DNA of 64,000 bases from the IMG/VR virus record IMGVR_UViG_3300025030_000039, positions 316,878 to 380,877 of that record. One strand, given 5' to 3'. Numbering within the stretch: the first letter of the stretch is position 1; every line of letters starts with the position of its first letter. This stretch comes from a virus. A program made the translations under genes and the position numbers. The notes under the pieces are model-generated. The model searched no databases. It saw only the letters and a program-made list of their open reading frames with translations, and was not told the origin of the DNA. Below, piece by piece: positions 10,055 to 19,576 of this stretch.

Positions 10055-10137
10055 TACCGAAAGTGGGAGTCGAACCCACACGCCTTATAGGCAAATCCTC
10101 TTAAAAGATTCATGTATAACCATTTCATCACTTCGGC
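10055..10137 (-). tRNA. tRNA-Leu (anticodon UAA), class II
   Basis: GCCGAAG TG ... AATCT TTTAAGA GGATT TGCCTATAAGGCGT GTGGG TTCGACT CCCAC TTTCGGT A. Confidence 0.75.
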
Positions 10138-10253
10138 ATCTTCAAGAAGAACCCTATTAACATTTAAATTATCTAATTAATATTCGTCTTCCATCTAATA
10201 ATTTTTTATTTCCAATACGTCAAAGACCTTTGAATCATTTATAGATTCAGCTG

Positions 10254-10402
10254 TGAGAGAGGATGGATTTGAACCACCAAAGACTTTCGTCCGCTGATTT
10301 ACTGTCAGTTGAGTTTACCAATACTCAGTTTTTCTGTAATAGCTTTAAGTTCTATTTTCATAGATATTGTAAAAGTTATAAATTGAATTTATTAACTCTC
10401 TC
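10254..10402 (-). pseudogene. degenerate tRNA-Tyr-like gene with about 75-nt 5'-half insertion carrying the conserved insert core
   Basis: The 3' part CTGA CAGTAAA TCAG CGGACGAAAGTCTTT GGTGG TTCAAAT CCATC CTCTCTC A parallels the bona fide tRNA-Tyr but lacks U33. Its complementary 5' strand GAGAGAG lies about 140 nt upstream. In between is TTAAAGCTATTACAGAAAAAC. Confidence 0.4.
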
Positions 10403-10489
10403 ATTATTTCAAATAACTTCGGCTGAGTGTTATGGATATCTTTCAATCCTTTGTTCCTCATTTAATCTTCTAAGTTGCCATTTAGAACC

Positions 10490-10525
10490 GTTGTGGAATC
10501 TAAGGGGTTCGAATCCCTTTTTTAA
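10490..10525 (-). pseudogene. tRNA 3' fragment (T-arm plus acceptor 3' strand, Tyr-like)
   Basis: The minus-strand RNA AGGGA TTCGAAC CCCTT AGATTCC A CAACGG closely matches the tRNA-Tyr 3' end, but there is no 5' half. Confidence 0.35.
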
Positions 10526-10528
10526 ACT

Positions 10529-10777
10529 TTATTTTAATGAATTTAAATTTATATATGTTTCTAATTTATTTTTATAATAAGAACCATATTTTAATTCCCA
10601 TTCATTAATTTTTTCTTTTAATTCTTCAATATTAATACTGCATTTAAATCCTTTTGATATATTATCATTATGTCTTAATAATTTACAATTTGCTGGATGA
10701 GCTAATAACAAAGGATTAATTTTTTGTTTATATCCTTCTGATACTGATAGCATATGATCTCTACTTATGCCATTCAT
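10529..10777 (-). CDS. small HNH-like nuclease fragment or domain
   Basis: AHPANCKLLRHNDNISKG resembles an HNH core; weak. Confidence 0.3.
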   Translation of the reverse strand: MNGISRDHMLSVSEGYKQKINPLLLAHPANCKLLRHNDNISKGFKCSINIEELKEKINEWELKYGSYYKNKLETYINLNSLK

Positions 10778-11358
10778 ATTATTTCCCCTATTTTTAGCTT
10801 TATACCATCCGTATTTTTTATTAAAGTAAAATCAAATTCTTCATTATAACTATTTAAAGAAAATTTAAATAGTGCATTATTATAATATTTTTTATAATTA
10901 TCTAAATGTTTTCTTTTATATGCTCTTACACATTCATCAGAACAGTATTTTCTCATTAAAAAGTGCTCTTTTTCACAATAAGGACATTTTTTAATTCTAG
11001 GAGTTTTTAAAAATTTATCGTTCCATTTTTTATAAGAACCTTTTGATGCCAAACCGCTAACAGCTCTAGCACAAAATATACAACAATAATATTTTTCTTT
11101 AAATTCTCTTTTATTATTTGATTTAACTTCAAATTCTGTATTACATCTTAAATAATTATTACACTTAACAATTTTTGTAATAATATTTTTATCTAATTCT
11201 TTTTTTCTTTTCTTTAATGATTTAGAAATTTTTTCTGATTGGTTTTTATAATCTTTATTTTTATTAATCATTATATTTCTACATGCATAAGAACAATATT
11301 TATTAGTTAATTTATATTTTTCTTTACCACATACAGGACAATTTTTTTCGAGTTCCAT
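10774..11358 (-). CDS. multi-zinc-finger protein (probable homing-endonuclease DNA-binding module)
   Basis: Several CxxC...C/H pairs (CPVCG, CSYAC, CCIFC, CPYCE). Adjacent to the HNH-like ORF and a tRNA cluster. Confidence 0.35.
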   Translation of the reverse strand: MELEKNCPVCGKEKYKLTNKYCSYACRNIMINKNKDYKNQSEKISKSLKKRKKELDKNIITKIVKCNNYLRCNTEFEVKSNNKREFKEKYYCCIFCARAVSGLASKGSYKKWNDKFLKTPRIKKCPYCEKEHFLMRKYCSDECVRAYKRKHLDNYKKYYNNALFKFSLNSYNEEFDFTLIKNTDGIKLKIGEII

Positions 11359-11409
11359 AAATATTTTATTTTATATATTAGTGGAGCTATCAGAATTTGA
11401 ACTTATTAT

Positions 11410-11490
11410 TGGTGGAGGAAATGGGGTTCGAATCCCATGAAACCTCTTGATTGCAAATCAAGTACTCTAGCCAGACTGAGCTATACCCCC
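11410..11490 (-). tRNA. tRNA-Ala (anticodon UGC) with encoded CCA
   Basis: GGGGGTA TA GCTCAGTCTGGCTAGAGT A CTTGA TTTGCAA TCAAG ... ATGGG ATTCGAAC CCCAT TTCCTCC A CCA. The T-loop is 8 nt and the acceptor has one U-U mismatch. Confidence 0.6.
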
Positions 11491-11532
11491 CCTAATAAAA
11501 ATTTAATTCACAGTATTCCAAAGAACATTTTT

Positions 11533-11568
11533 AAAACAAAAAAAATCCGATTTGATTAGAACCGGATT
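11533..11568 (-). terminator. rho-independent terminator (minus strand)
   Basis: Hairpin AATCCG...CGGATT followed on the minus strand by a T8 run. Confidence 0.55.
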
Positions 11569-11802
11569 TAATATTTTAGTTTATATTTATACAAACATAT
11601 CTCATCCGGTAATAGGTGGTGTTCCTAAAGTTTGTGCTTGACCTAATGGATATGTAGATAATGTTTTCATTTTTTTATATATAAAACCTTTTTTGTGTAA
11701 TTTGATTATTATATGCATTTTTTCTAAAATGTTTCGAATAATTATTATTATATGTAAATATAATTAAAAAGAAATTAAAATAAAAATTTTTATAAAAATT
11801 AG

Positions 11803-12096
11803 TTAATTATATTCGATAATTGTTCTTGTTGTTGGTTTAACTTCATGCCATATTTGTTTTGCATTTACCATATCTTGTTTAATCCATGGAGAATCTCCTA
11901 ATACGGCTTTAAAATATTTACCGCTAGATATTTCTTTAATAACATATTCATGTTGAGTTGAATTTTTTGATTGATCGCTATCTATTATTTTTTCGCTTAC
12001 TATTGTATAAAGTTTAATTTCATTTTTTGTATCATAAATACCTTCCTCATACATTATAGATCGTATTTGTTCTTCCGTAAATGTTCTAGTTTCCAT
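11803..12096 (-). CDS. hypothetical protein
   Basis: ORF only. Confidence 0.35.
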   Translation of the reverse strand: METRTFTEEQIRSIMYEEGIYDTKNEIKLYTIVSEKIIDSDQSKNSTQHEYVIKEISSGKYFKAVLGDSPWIKQDMVNAKQIWHEVKPTTRTIIEYN

Positions 12097-12107
12097 ATTT
12101 AATTAAT

Positions 12108-12353
12108 TTATGTTATACTTAATAGATTATGTAATTCCATTTGTAATTCTCGTCTACCCATTTGTTTTAAATAATAACCCATTTTTTCATATATTTCAAT
12201 ATCTGATAGATTTTGACCGTCTATAGCAAATCTTTGATTATTAATACCATCAAATACTACATAATCTTTATCTAATAAATCTTTAAATGAAGTTTTAGCA
12301 TTAAAATTTAGACCAAGACTTACTCCTAATTTTATTATTTCGTTTGTTTTCAT
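12108..12353 (-). CDS. hypothetical protein
   Basis: ORF only. Confidence 0.35.
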   Translation of the reverse strand: MKTNEIIKLGVSLGLNFNAKTSFKDLLDKDYVVFDGINNQRFAIDGQNLSDIEIYEKMGYYLKQMGRRELQMELHNLLSIT

Positions 12354-13126
12354 TCGTACAATATTATTCCTTTATTTGAATCTAATATGGGATGATTTTC
12401 ATTATCAAAAGCCCAGAAAGGAGCATGACTTAATAATTTACCATTTTCTTCTCCTGTAAAATTATGATTACAATTATGTAATAATCGTATTCTTTTTTCA
12501 CTTGCATTTTTACACTGTTGTAAATATACATGAGAAATATATGTACCAACTACTTCATCATTTTCTCCAATAATAATACTTAATTCGCCTTTAAAATCTT
12601 TATATGTTTCCATTATTTGTTTCATTTCAATATTACCAGATGGAGCACATAATAATATTTTTTTAATTTCTTTATATCTATTAGCCATATAAGCAGCTAC
12701 TGCTCCACCTGCAGAAGTACCAATTAAATAAATATTTGGATCTTTTTCTCCACATATTTCAATAGAATTGTTTATACAATATTCAATAACTTCATGAGTT
12801 TTTGAAATTATATGAGAAGGATATAAATTTCTATTTAATGTATTATACATAGATCTCGGAACACTATTATTCATTCTAACAAATGAACCTAATTCTTTTG
12901 ATACTATATAATCACCTAGTTTAATATATTTATTTTCATAACCTTCAGCAGTGCCACCGTAGCCTGGAATATTAATTATTATATTCTTTGAATTACATTC
13001 ATGAATAAATATTTCAGAATTATTTAATTTTATCTGCATTTTCTTTAGAATATAAATATATTTGTTTATGTTCAAACCAAAATTGAGCCCATTGTTCTTT
13101 AGCTTCTTTTTTATTAAGTCCTTCAA
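12350..13126 (-). CDS. alpha/beta-hydrolase (esterase/lipase-like)
   Basis: GTSAGG nucleophile elbow (GxSxG), a later Asp, and an HNCNH His. Confidence 0.5.
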   Translation of the reverse strand: MKDLIKKKLKNNGLNFGLNINKYIYILKKMQIKLNNSEIFIHECNSKNIIINIPGYGGTAEGYENKYIKLGDYIVSKELGSFVRMNNSVPRSMYNTLNRNLYPSHIISKTHEVIEYCINNSIEICGEKDPNIYLIGTSAGGAVAAYMANRYKEIKKILLCAPSGNIEMKQIMETYKDFKGELSIIIGENDEVVGTYISHVYLQQCKNASEKRIRLLHNCNHNFTGEENGKLLSHAPFWAFDNENHPILDSNKGIILYE

Positions 13127-13170
13127 TTAAAAATTTTTTAAGTCTTTTTTTCCATTTGCGAGGTTTTATT

Positions 13171-13452
13171 TTAAAAGTTTTCATTTAATAATAAAATTGC
13201 AGAATTATTATAATAGCCATCTCCTGTAAGTTTATAATTTTTATTATTGTAAGTAAATATTATCCAATAATCCCATTGATATCCATTACTATCAAAATTA
13301 ATTAATATCTTGTCTAATGTATTAATGTAAGATATAATATCATTAGGTCTAACATATAATAATTCTATTGTTTTTACTTTGCCTGATAAAACAGATTGAA
13401 TATCTTCTTCCATCCATTTTATTACCTGTTTTTCAACATCTTTTTTATTCAT
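13171..13452 (-). CDS. hypothetical protein
   Basis: ORF only. Confidence 0.35.
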   Translation of the reverse strand: MNKKDVEKQVIKWMEEDIQSVLSGKVKTIELLYVRPNDIISYINTLDKILINFDSNGYQWDYWIIFTYNNKNYKLTGDGYYNNSAILLLNENF

Positions 13453-13685
13453 TATTTATTATTAAATAGTTCAATATCTTCATATCTAAAAGATTGACCA
13501 CACAATGTACATCTATCTTGATCTATAATTTTAAATGTATTTACATCTCTTTGCATAAATAATATTCCCTCTTCACATTCTGGGCAAATAGATTTATAAA
13601 TAGATTCATTACTATATCTTTTTAAATTCATGTATTTAATAATCTTTATAGGATTATTGATATTTATTGCAATTAAATTATTCAT
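13452..13685 (-). CDS. zinc-ribbon protein
   Basis: CPECEEG...CTLCGQ. Confidence 0.35.
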   Translation of the reverse strand: MNNLIAININNPIKIIKYMNLKRYSNESIYKSICPECEEGILFMQRDVNTFKIIDQDRCTLCGQSFRYEDIELFNNK

Positions 13686-14766
13686 ATTTTAAAGATTTAA
13701 TAAGTTTAGGATTTAATAAAATATATTGTAATAATTTTATTAAATCATCAACATCATTTTTATGAACAGTTTCAACTGTAGTGTGCATATATCTCATCGC
13801 TAATTTTAATAAAGCAGTCGGTATTCCATGTGGATAAGCATATGAATCTGCATTTGTTCCAGATCCTCTACCACTCGCAGTTAATTGATAAGGTATTTTA
13901 TTTTCCTTTGCTGTATCAATTATTAATTTTAATAAATTCTTTTGAATTGATGGAGCATTCATAATAACTAAACCTTTGCCCGCTGATACTGTACCTTGTT
14001 TACTTTTATTATATGCTGGGCTTTCAGTATCATGAGTTACATCTATGACTATAGCTATATCAGGTTTAATTTTTTCAACAACCATTTGAGCGCCATGTAA
14101 TCCTACTTCTTCCTGTACAGCATTAACTATAATTAATTCAAAAGGTAATTGAATTTTATTTTCATATAATTTTTTAATTAATTGTGAATTAACAAATCCT
14201 CCTATTTTATCATCTAGAGATCTACCACAATAATAATCTCCTAAATCCATATAGCCATCAGACATTGTAATAGGAGTTCCAATTGTTATTCCTAATTTTT
14301 CAACATCTTCTTTTTTAGAAACTCCTATGTCTATAAAAATATTTTCTATTTTTAATTCGAATTTATCTTCTTGAACATGAATAGCAGGGTGACCAAAAAC
14401 ACCTTTAACTTTTCCATTGTCTCCCCATATATCAACTCTGGCTGATGGTGTAATTGTGATGTCAGAACCACCTAAACGTCCAACTTTTATAAATCCTTCA
14501 TTTGTAATATCAAATACAAAAAAACCTATTTCATCACAATGAGCATCTAATAAAACAGTTTTTATTTCTGATGTTTCTTTTAATGTTTTTAATGCTAAAT
14601 TAGAAATATAATAAGCATATGCATTACCATAATTATCTATTTCAACTTTGTCAGCATATTTTTTAACATAATCTATCCATACTTTTTGACCTCCTAATAA
14701 TAATTCGTATCCACTAGGAGATGGTGTATTAATATATTTTTTAAGAAATTCTTTTCTGTTTTTCAT
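13678..14766 (-). CDS. M42-family aminopeptidase (FrvX/YsdC-like)
   Basis: TPSPSGYE...VEIDNYGN...LDAHCDEIGFFVFDI...GFIKVGRLGG pattern and about 360 aa. Confidence 0.6.
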   Translation of the reverse strand: MKNRKEFLKKYINTPSPSGYELLLGGQKVWIDYVKKYADKVEIDNYGNAYAYYISNLALKTLKETSEIKTVLLDAHCDEIGFFVFDITNEGFIKVGRLGGSDITITPSARVDIWGDNGKVKGVFGHPAIHVQEDKFELKIENIFIDIGVSKKEDVEKLGITIGTPITMSDGYMDLGDYYCGRSLDDKIGGFVNSQLIKKLYENKIQLPFELIIVNAVQEEVGLHGAQMVVEKIKPDIAIVIDVTHDTESPAYNKSKQGTVSAGKGLVIMNAPSIQKNLLKLIIDTAKENKIPYQLTASGRGSGTNADSYAYPHGIPTALLKLAMRYMHTTVETVHKNDVDDLIKLLQYILLNPKLIKSLKYE

Positions 14767-14892
14767 ATTTTAATCGTTTAGCTTCATATTGTAATTTTTT
14801 AATACAACTATATTCATGCTTTAATATTTTTATTTCATTAAGCATAACTTTATCGCAATATGAACATTTATAGGCTTTAACTATTATCATTT

Positions 14893-15429
14893 TTATATTA
14901 AAGCATTTAAAATTGTTAATTTATTATTAATTGTAAAATTTATCATTAAAAAGGAATTATTTTTAATTTTATTAATATCAATAATTTTTTCTATATAAGT
15001 AAAATTTTCATTTAATAAAACTTTTTCATTATTAAAAATATCAATATAACTAATATTTATATTTTTAATTCCATATATTTTTACTTTTATTTTTTTATTA
15101 TATAAATTAATAACTTCTAAATATGTTTCTATGTTTATTAATTCATTTTTATTTAAATCAATATTAAAAACATATGTTCTATAAATACCATTTTTATCTA
15201 ATGTATTTAATATGATCTCAGTATTAGTTGTATCATTAAAAACATGAGTTACTTTTGAATCATAATAAATAGATGATTCAAGTATCCAACGACAATATTC
15301 AAAATCATGATTTAAATTAATTTCAGTTATAATTAATTCATTTTTGTTAATTTGATATTTAATAGATATATTTGCTAATAATGTAAAATTTATAACAAAT
15401 AATAAGAATAGTAGAAAAATATTTTTCAT
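14893..15429 (-). CDS. secreted protein with signal peptide
   Basis: N-terminal hydrophobic MKNIFLLFLLFVINFTLLA. Confidence 0.4.
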   Translation of the reverse strand: MKNIFLLFLLFVINFTLLANISIKYQINKNELIITEINLNHDFEYCRWILESSIYYDSKVTHVFNDTTNTEIILNTLDKNGIYRTYVFNIDLNKNELINIETYLEVINLYNKKIKVKIYGIKNINISYIDIFNNEKVLLNENFTYIEKIIDINKIKNNSFLMINFTINNKLTILNALI

Positions 15430-15474
15430 ATTAATTTTTTATAAATATAATAAAAAAGTTAATAAAAAAAAAAT

Positions 15475-15648
15475 TAAATCCACTTAATTGCTTTTTGAAG
15501 AAAATTTGGTTTTTCTTTTATTTTTCTAGCCAATTTTAATTGTTTGTCCAATGGGATATTATTAATTATAGAAAGGATTAATTCTTGTATTTCTATAATT
15601 TCTTTTTTAGAATTACCATTAATTTCAATTTCAATTTTTTGAATCATA
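15475..15648 (-). CDS. small hypothetical protein (57 aa, not in ORF track)
   Basis: ATG ... MIQKIEIEINGNSKKEIIEIQELILSIINNIPLDKQLKLARKIKEKPNFLQKAIKWI. It fills an otherwise empty 230-nt gap. Coordinates are approximate. Confidence 0.3.
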
Positions 15649-15657
15649 ATTTAAATA

Positions 15658-16263
15658 TTAAATTGATTTAACTTCTTGTTTAAGTTTATTAATTTTATCT
15701 TTATTAATAGCTCCTTTTTTATTTATAGCAGGAGTTATATTTCCTTTTTTTGCTAATAAATCAGCTTGTACTTTAGCTAAATCTTCTTGCTTTTTATAAT
15801 CTCTTAATTTATTTAATTCACTATTTTTAAGTGCACTTAATTCTTTTCTTAAAGATTCTTTTCTATTTAAATCTGTCTCATCTCTTAATAGAAATTCAAT
15901 TTTTTTCTTTCTTTTTCTTATTGTTAAAAGTGTAGCTAATCCTCCAATTAAGGCTGCACCTGCAATTGCATAAGGTATATTGCTTTTTTTAAATATTACA
16001 TCTGCTACTTTTCCTGCATCAATACCTTTTTTATGCAATGCTGCAGCTCCTACAACTCCTGCTCCTGCTCCTAATGCCCATCCTGCTCCTGAAGCTGCTC
16101 CTTTTCCATATTCTTGACTAGTTGTAGTTTCATCAATGCCATCATCAATATTTATCACTAAATTATATAATGTTTCATAATCTAAATTATTACATTCCTG
16201 ATTAATACGTTCTTGTTCATTCCAATATTGTTGCCATTCATTGTAAGTATCGCAATATTTCAT
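15658..16263 (-). CDS. Gly/Ala-rich membrane protein with coiled-coil tail
   Basis: GAASGAGWALGAGAGVVGAA stretch, one TM segment, and a lysine-rich coiled coil. Confidence 0.4.
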   Translation of the reverse strand: MKYCDTYNEWQQYWNEQERINQECNNLDYETLYNLVINIDDGIDETTTSQEYGKGAASGAGWALGAGAGVVGAAALHKKGIDAGKVADVIFKKSNIPYAIAGAALIGGLATLLTIRKRKKKIEFLLRDETDLNRKESLRKELSALKNSELNKLRDYKKQEDLAKVQADLLAKKGNITPAINKKGAINKDKINKLKQEVKSI

Positions 16264-16393
16264 AAGTTTAATTTATTTTTTTATATATTTTAAATCTTAT
16301 TGCTTAATTTATTTTAATACATTTCACCGGCCCTTTAACTGTAAATTTTATATTGGGTTTATATAATAAAGTTTCGAATGCTTACTGTTATTT

Positions 16394-18079
16394 TTATTTT
16401 TTATTAATTAAAAAAACTTGTGTTCCATTATTAACAACAATTCCAGCATTAGAATTGAAAACTTGTGACATTTCATCTACTAAATCACATTCATATTTTG
16501 CAATAGGATAAAAATCTTTTGCTCTTAAAAAGGTTAAATTATCATCTTCTGGTAAAATAATATAGCCATTATCTTTATTATAACCGAAATTTCTAAGATT
16601 ATCATATGAATCATCAGATAATATTGCATCAAGTCCGTTTATAACAAATAATGAAAACCTTTCTTTATCATCCTCGATAAAATGTGCTATACCAACATTA
16701 CCTTTTTGATAAATATCTTTAAGAGGCAATGGAAAACTAACAGTATTTAAAATATCATGCGATTGATAATAAATAAAATTTTTGCCATTTATTCTTTGGA
16801 TTAATCCATTTAAATTTGAATATCCTTTTCCATATGTTGGAATAAGAGTTGTTTGAATATAATTATTTAAAATACCATCTAAATTTATTTGATATCTATT
16901 ATCATTTGTTATTACTATCAAAGTATTATCTATTTGATAGTGAGTAATTATTTCAGTTGGTTGAAATCCTTGTATAAGAATATTTTGTTTACGATTTAAA
17001 TCAATTTTATAAAGTAATTTATCAATAAATATTATCACATTTTTATCTGTGGGAAATATTCCTCTAAAACCCGAGGGCTTACTTAGTGTATAAACCGGTT
17101 TAGCATGTCCCTTATATGTAAGGTCATATATATGGATATTTGCATCCTCTAAGATGCATCCGAATACATTACTACATGCCATATATTCTATATTTCCTTT
17201 AAAAATTTCTTTCATGACAAGTTCGCCTTTTGTAATACTAGTAGGCTTATGTGTTTTAATTTTTGTAATTATTTTAGTAGTAGGATTTAAATTTAATAAA
17301 AAGCGTTCTCCTTCATTAAATATTCTTTCAAATTGATTTAATAAGTTTTGATCTGTTATAGGTTCATAACATTTAGGTATTTTTAAATTTGGATCATTTT
17401 TAAGTATGCTTAATTTATAAATCATTCTATCTTGAATATCTTTATATTTTTGATGTATACCTTTATATGGATGTACAGTTGTAATTAAATTAAATATTAC
17501 AACTGCTAATGAAAAATAATCAGCATTTTTAGAAATTTCTCCATTATGATAAAAATCTCTAATATCATGTAAAAGTCTTCCCGAGTGTTTATTACCAGGT
17601 GTTTCATAGCTATCAACGTCTATAAATGCTATATCGCCATTTTTATGAGCTAATATATTAAATCCACTAAAATCACCAATCACGATGTTTAAAGAATGAA
17701 TATAATTTAAACATGTAATTAATTTTTGAGACACAGATAATTTCCAAGATTCTGTTAAATTATTTCTTTGACAATAATTACTATTAAATGCTGAATGTAA
17801 AGGAAAAAAATCTGATGGAACCATATCCATTATAAATCCAATAATATCTTTACTTGCTTGATGCGATATTAATAAAGCTTTAGGTTTTATAAATTCTTTT
17901 GCATTAATAGCATTAAGACTATTAAATTTTTGATCAGTAATCGGTTCAATTCCTTGAAGATATAATTTTGCAACTAAACCATGTCCAATTTCAATAATGC
18001 GGCCTTCACCACCTCTAGATAATTCTTTCTTTTCATCTATAGTAATTTTTTTACTAGATGCTTTATCATATACTATCAT
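16394..18079 (-). CDS. Ser/Thr protein kinase-like protein (atypical) with C-terminal repeat domain
   Basis: Gly-loop LSRGGEGRIIE followed by VAKLY Lys. The catalytic-loop region IVIGDFSGFNIL and a DVDS DFG-like motif are present. Confidence 0.5.
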   Translation of the reverse strand: MIVYDKASSKKITIDEKKELSRGGEGRIIEIGHGLVAKLYLQGIEPITDQKFNSLNAINAKEFIKPKALLISHQASKDIIGFIMDMVPSDFFPLHSAFNSNYCQRNNLTESWKLSVSQKLITCLNYIHSLNIVIGDFSGFNILAHKNGDIAFIDVDSYETPGNKHSGRLLHDIRDFYHNGEISKNADYFSLAVVIFNLITTVHPYKGIHQKYKDIQDRMIYKLSILKNDPNLKIPKCYEPITDQNLLNQFERIFNEGERFLLNLNPTTKIITKIKTHKPTSITKGELVMKEIFKGNIEYMACSNVFGCILEDANIHIYDLTYKGHAKPVYTLSKPSGFRGIFPTDKNVIIFIDKLLYKIDLNRKQNILIQGFQPTEIITHYQIDNTLIVITNDNRYQINLDGILNNYIQTTLIPTYGKGYSNLNGLIQRINGKNFIYYQSHDILNTVSFPLPLKDIYQKGNVGIAHFIEDDKERFSLFVINGLDAILSDDSYDNLRNFGYNKDNGYIILPEDDNLTFLRAKDFYPIAKYECDLVDEMSQVFNSNAGIVVNNGTQVFLINKK

Positions 18080-18831
18080 AATTCAATAATTGATTGTGAT
18101 ACATCATTTTGTAATATTAATCTAACAATAGATAAATCATCACTGGGATAAATATTTTCTTTATTTTCTAAAATATTAAATTTTCTGGATAACATTACAT
18201 CTAAATTTTCAAATTTTCTATCTATTAATAAAAAATCTAATATTTTTTTCTTATCTTCATCACTTAAAAAATGTCCATTTCTTTTTAATTGATCAATTCC
18301 ATCTGATGTTATTGATATATCATTATAATTTGAAAATTTAATTTCATGTTTTATTTTGAAGAAATTATTTTGTAAATGATATGAAATATAATCAGGCGCA
18401 TTATCTATTGGATCAACTCTTAATATTTCTGTACCATTATGAAATATTGATCCATCCCCAATAATTATTCCATGAGCATCATTTCTTTTAATATCAGCTA
18501 CAACCAATACAATAGTTGATAATATTTCATTTTCATTTAAATGTAAAAATTGACAAGTTTCTTTTAATTTAAGTTTAAAAGATTCTATTAATGAATTAGC
18601 AATAGATGAAGTGGTATTATAATCATATAAAAATTTTGTATAAGCTTGAAATTCAGTCAACATTAATTTTGTAAATAAGGTTGATGCAAAATATGATTTT
18701 GTTCCTCCTGAACATCCATCGAATACTGCAATAAATACCCAATCTTTATATTCAAAATATGTAAAATCATCTTCACAATGTAATGAATGAGACTCGCCTT
18801 TTCTTAAAAGAGTTTTAATACTATAATCCAT
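18076..18831 (-). CDS. PP2C-family Ser/Thr protein phosphatase
   Basis: VFIAVFDGCSGG (the DGHGG metal motif), IIIGDGSIF, and ITSDGIDQL (SDGlwd). Confidence 0.6.
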   Translation of the reverse strand: MDYSIKTLLRKGESHSLHCEDDFTYFEYKDWVFIAVFDGCSGGTKSYFASTLFTKLMLTEFQAYTKFLYDYNTTSSIANSLIESFKLKLKETCQFLHLNENEILSTIVLVVADIKRNDAHGIIIGDGSIFHNGTEILRVDPIDNAPDYISYHLQNNFFKIKHEIKFSNYNDISITSDGIDQLKRNGHFLSDEDKKKILDFLLIDRKFENLDVMLSRKFNILENKENIYPSDDLSIVRLILQNDVSQSIIEL

Positions 18832-18864
18832 TTGTTTAAAAAATAAAAGGGGCTTTAAGCCCCT
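18832..18864 (-). terminator. hairpin plus T-run between the vWA gene and the PP2C gene (intra-operon attenuator or terminator)
   Basis: AAGGGGC TTTAA GCCCCTT followed on the minus strand by TTTTATTTTTT. Confidence 0.45.
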
Positions 18865-18869
18865 TATTA

Positions 18870-19565
18870 TTAAAAGTTTGGTACAGAAATTGCTCCACTA
18901 GATGAAGCACTTGATACTGAAGAACTGATCCAGTTAATCATTTTACGTATATCCTTAGCAGTTTGACCTACTCTTGCTACAAATTCTTTAGGAATTCCCA
19001 TATTAGCAGCAGCTGATTCAAAATTTACTGAATCATTAATACCAAATAATACAGTTGTAAAATTTCTATTAGTCTTTTCTTCTGCTGCTAATTTAGCATG
19101 TATTGCTTTAACTTTAGCAGCATCACCGGTAAGTGATGAATTATCTTCACCATCTGTTAAAATAAATACTAAAGTTTTGCAATTAACACCGGAATTTTCA
19201 AGTTGATTTCTATAATTTAATGCATTTGTTAATCCTTTTTCTACTGCAGTATAAAGTGCAGTTCCATAACCACTACCTTTAAATGTATCTAATTTTACAT
19301 TTGCAATAGGTTGAAATCCAGATTTAACATTTACACTATCATTAAATTCAACAATAGATACTAATAAACTATCTGCTATATGAGATTTTTGCATTTCTTC
19401 GGTAAAATCTTTAAGAGCAGAATTTAAATCATTTTCATAATCTGATATTGAAGGTGATATATCAACAATAAATACTGCATTTATTGTTTCATCAGCATCA
19501 ATTGCATCAGGATTAAAATTTCCAAATTGATTACCAAATTGTACGTCATTATAAAGTTCGTCCAT
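18870..19565 (-). CDS. von Willebrand factor A domain protein (TerY-like)
   Basis: MIDAS motif FIVDISPSIS (DxSxS), later LTDGEDN, about 230 aa. Confidence 0.6.
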   Translation of the reverse strand: MDELYNDVQFGNQFGNFNPDAIDADETINAVFIVDISPSISDYENDLNSALKDFTEEMQKSHIADSLLVSIVEFNDSVNVKSGFQPIANVKLDTFKGSGYGTALYTAVEKGLTNALNYRNQLENSGVNCKTLVFILTDGEDNSSLTGDAAKVKAIHAKLAAEEKTNRNFTTVLFGINDSVNFESAAANMGIPKEFVARVGQTAKDIRKMINWISSSVSSASSSGAISVPNF

Positions 19566-19576
19566 TGTTATAATTA

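Noticed and set aside
9907-10131. ORF 9907..10131 (-)
   Set aside because: It lies entirely within the tRNA-Pro / tRNA-Leu genes.
11602-11669. 22-codon minus-strand ORF MKTLSTYPLGQAQTLGTPPITG in the 300-nt gap after tRNA-Ala
   Set aside because: It is too short to support without conservation. It could be a leader peptide, but there is no evidence.
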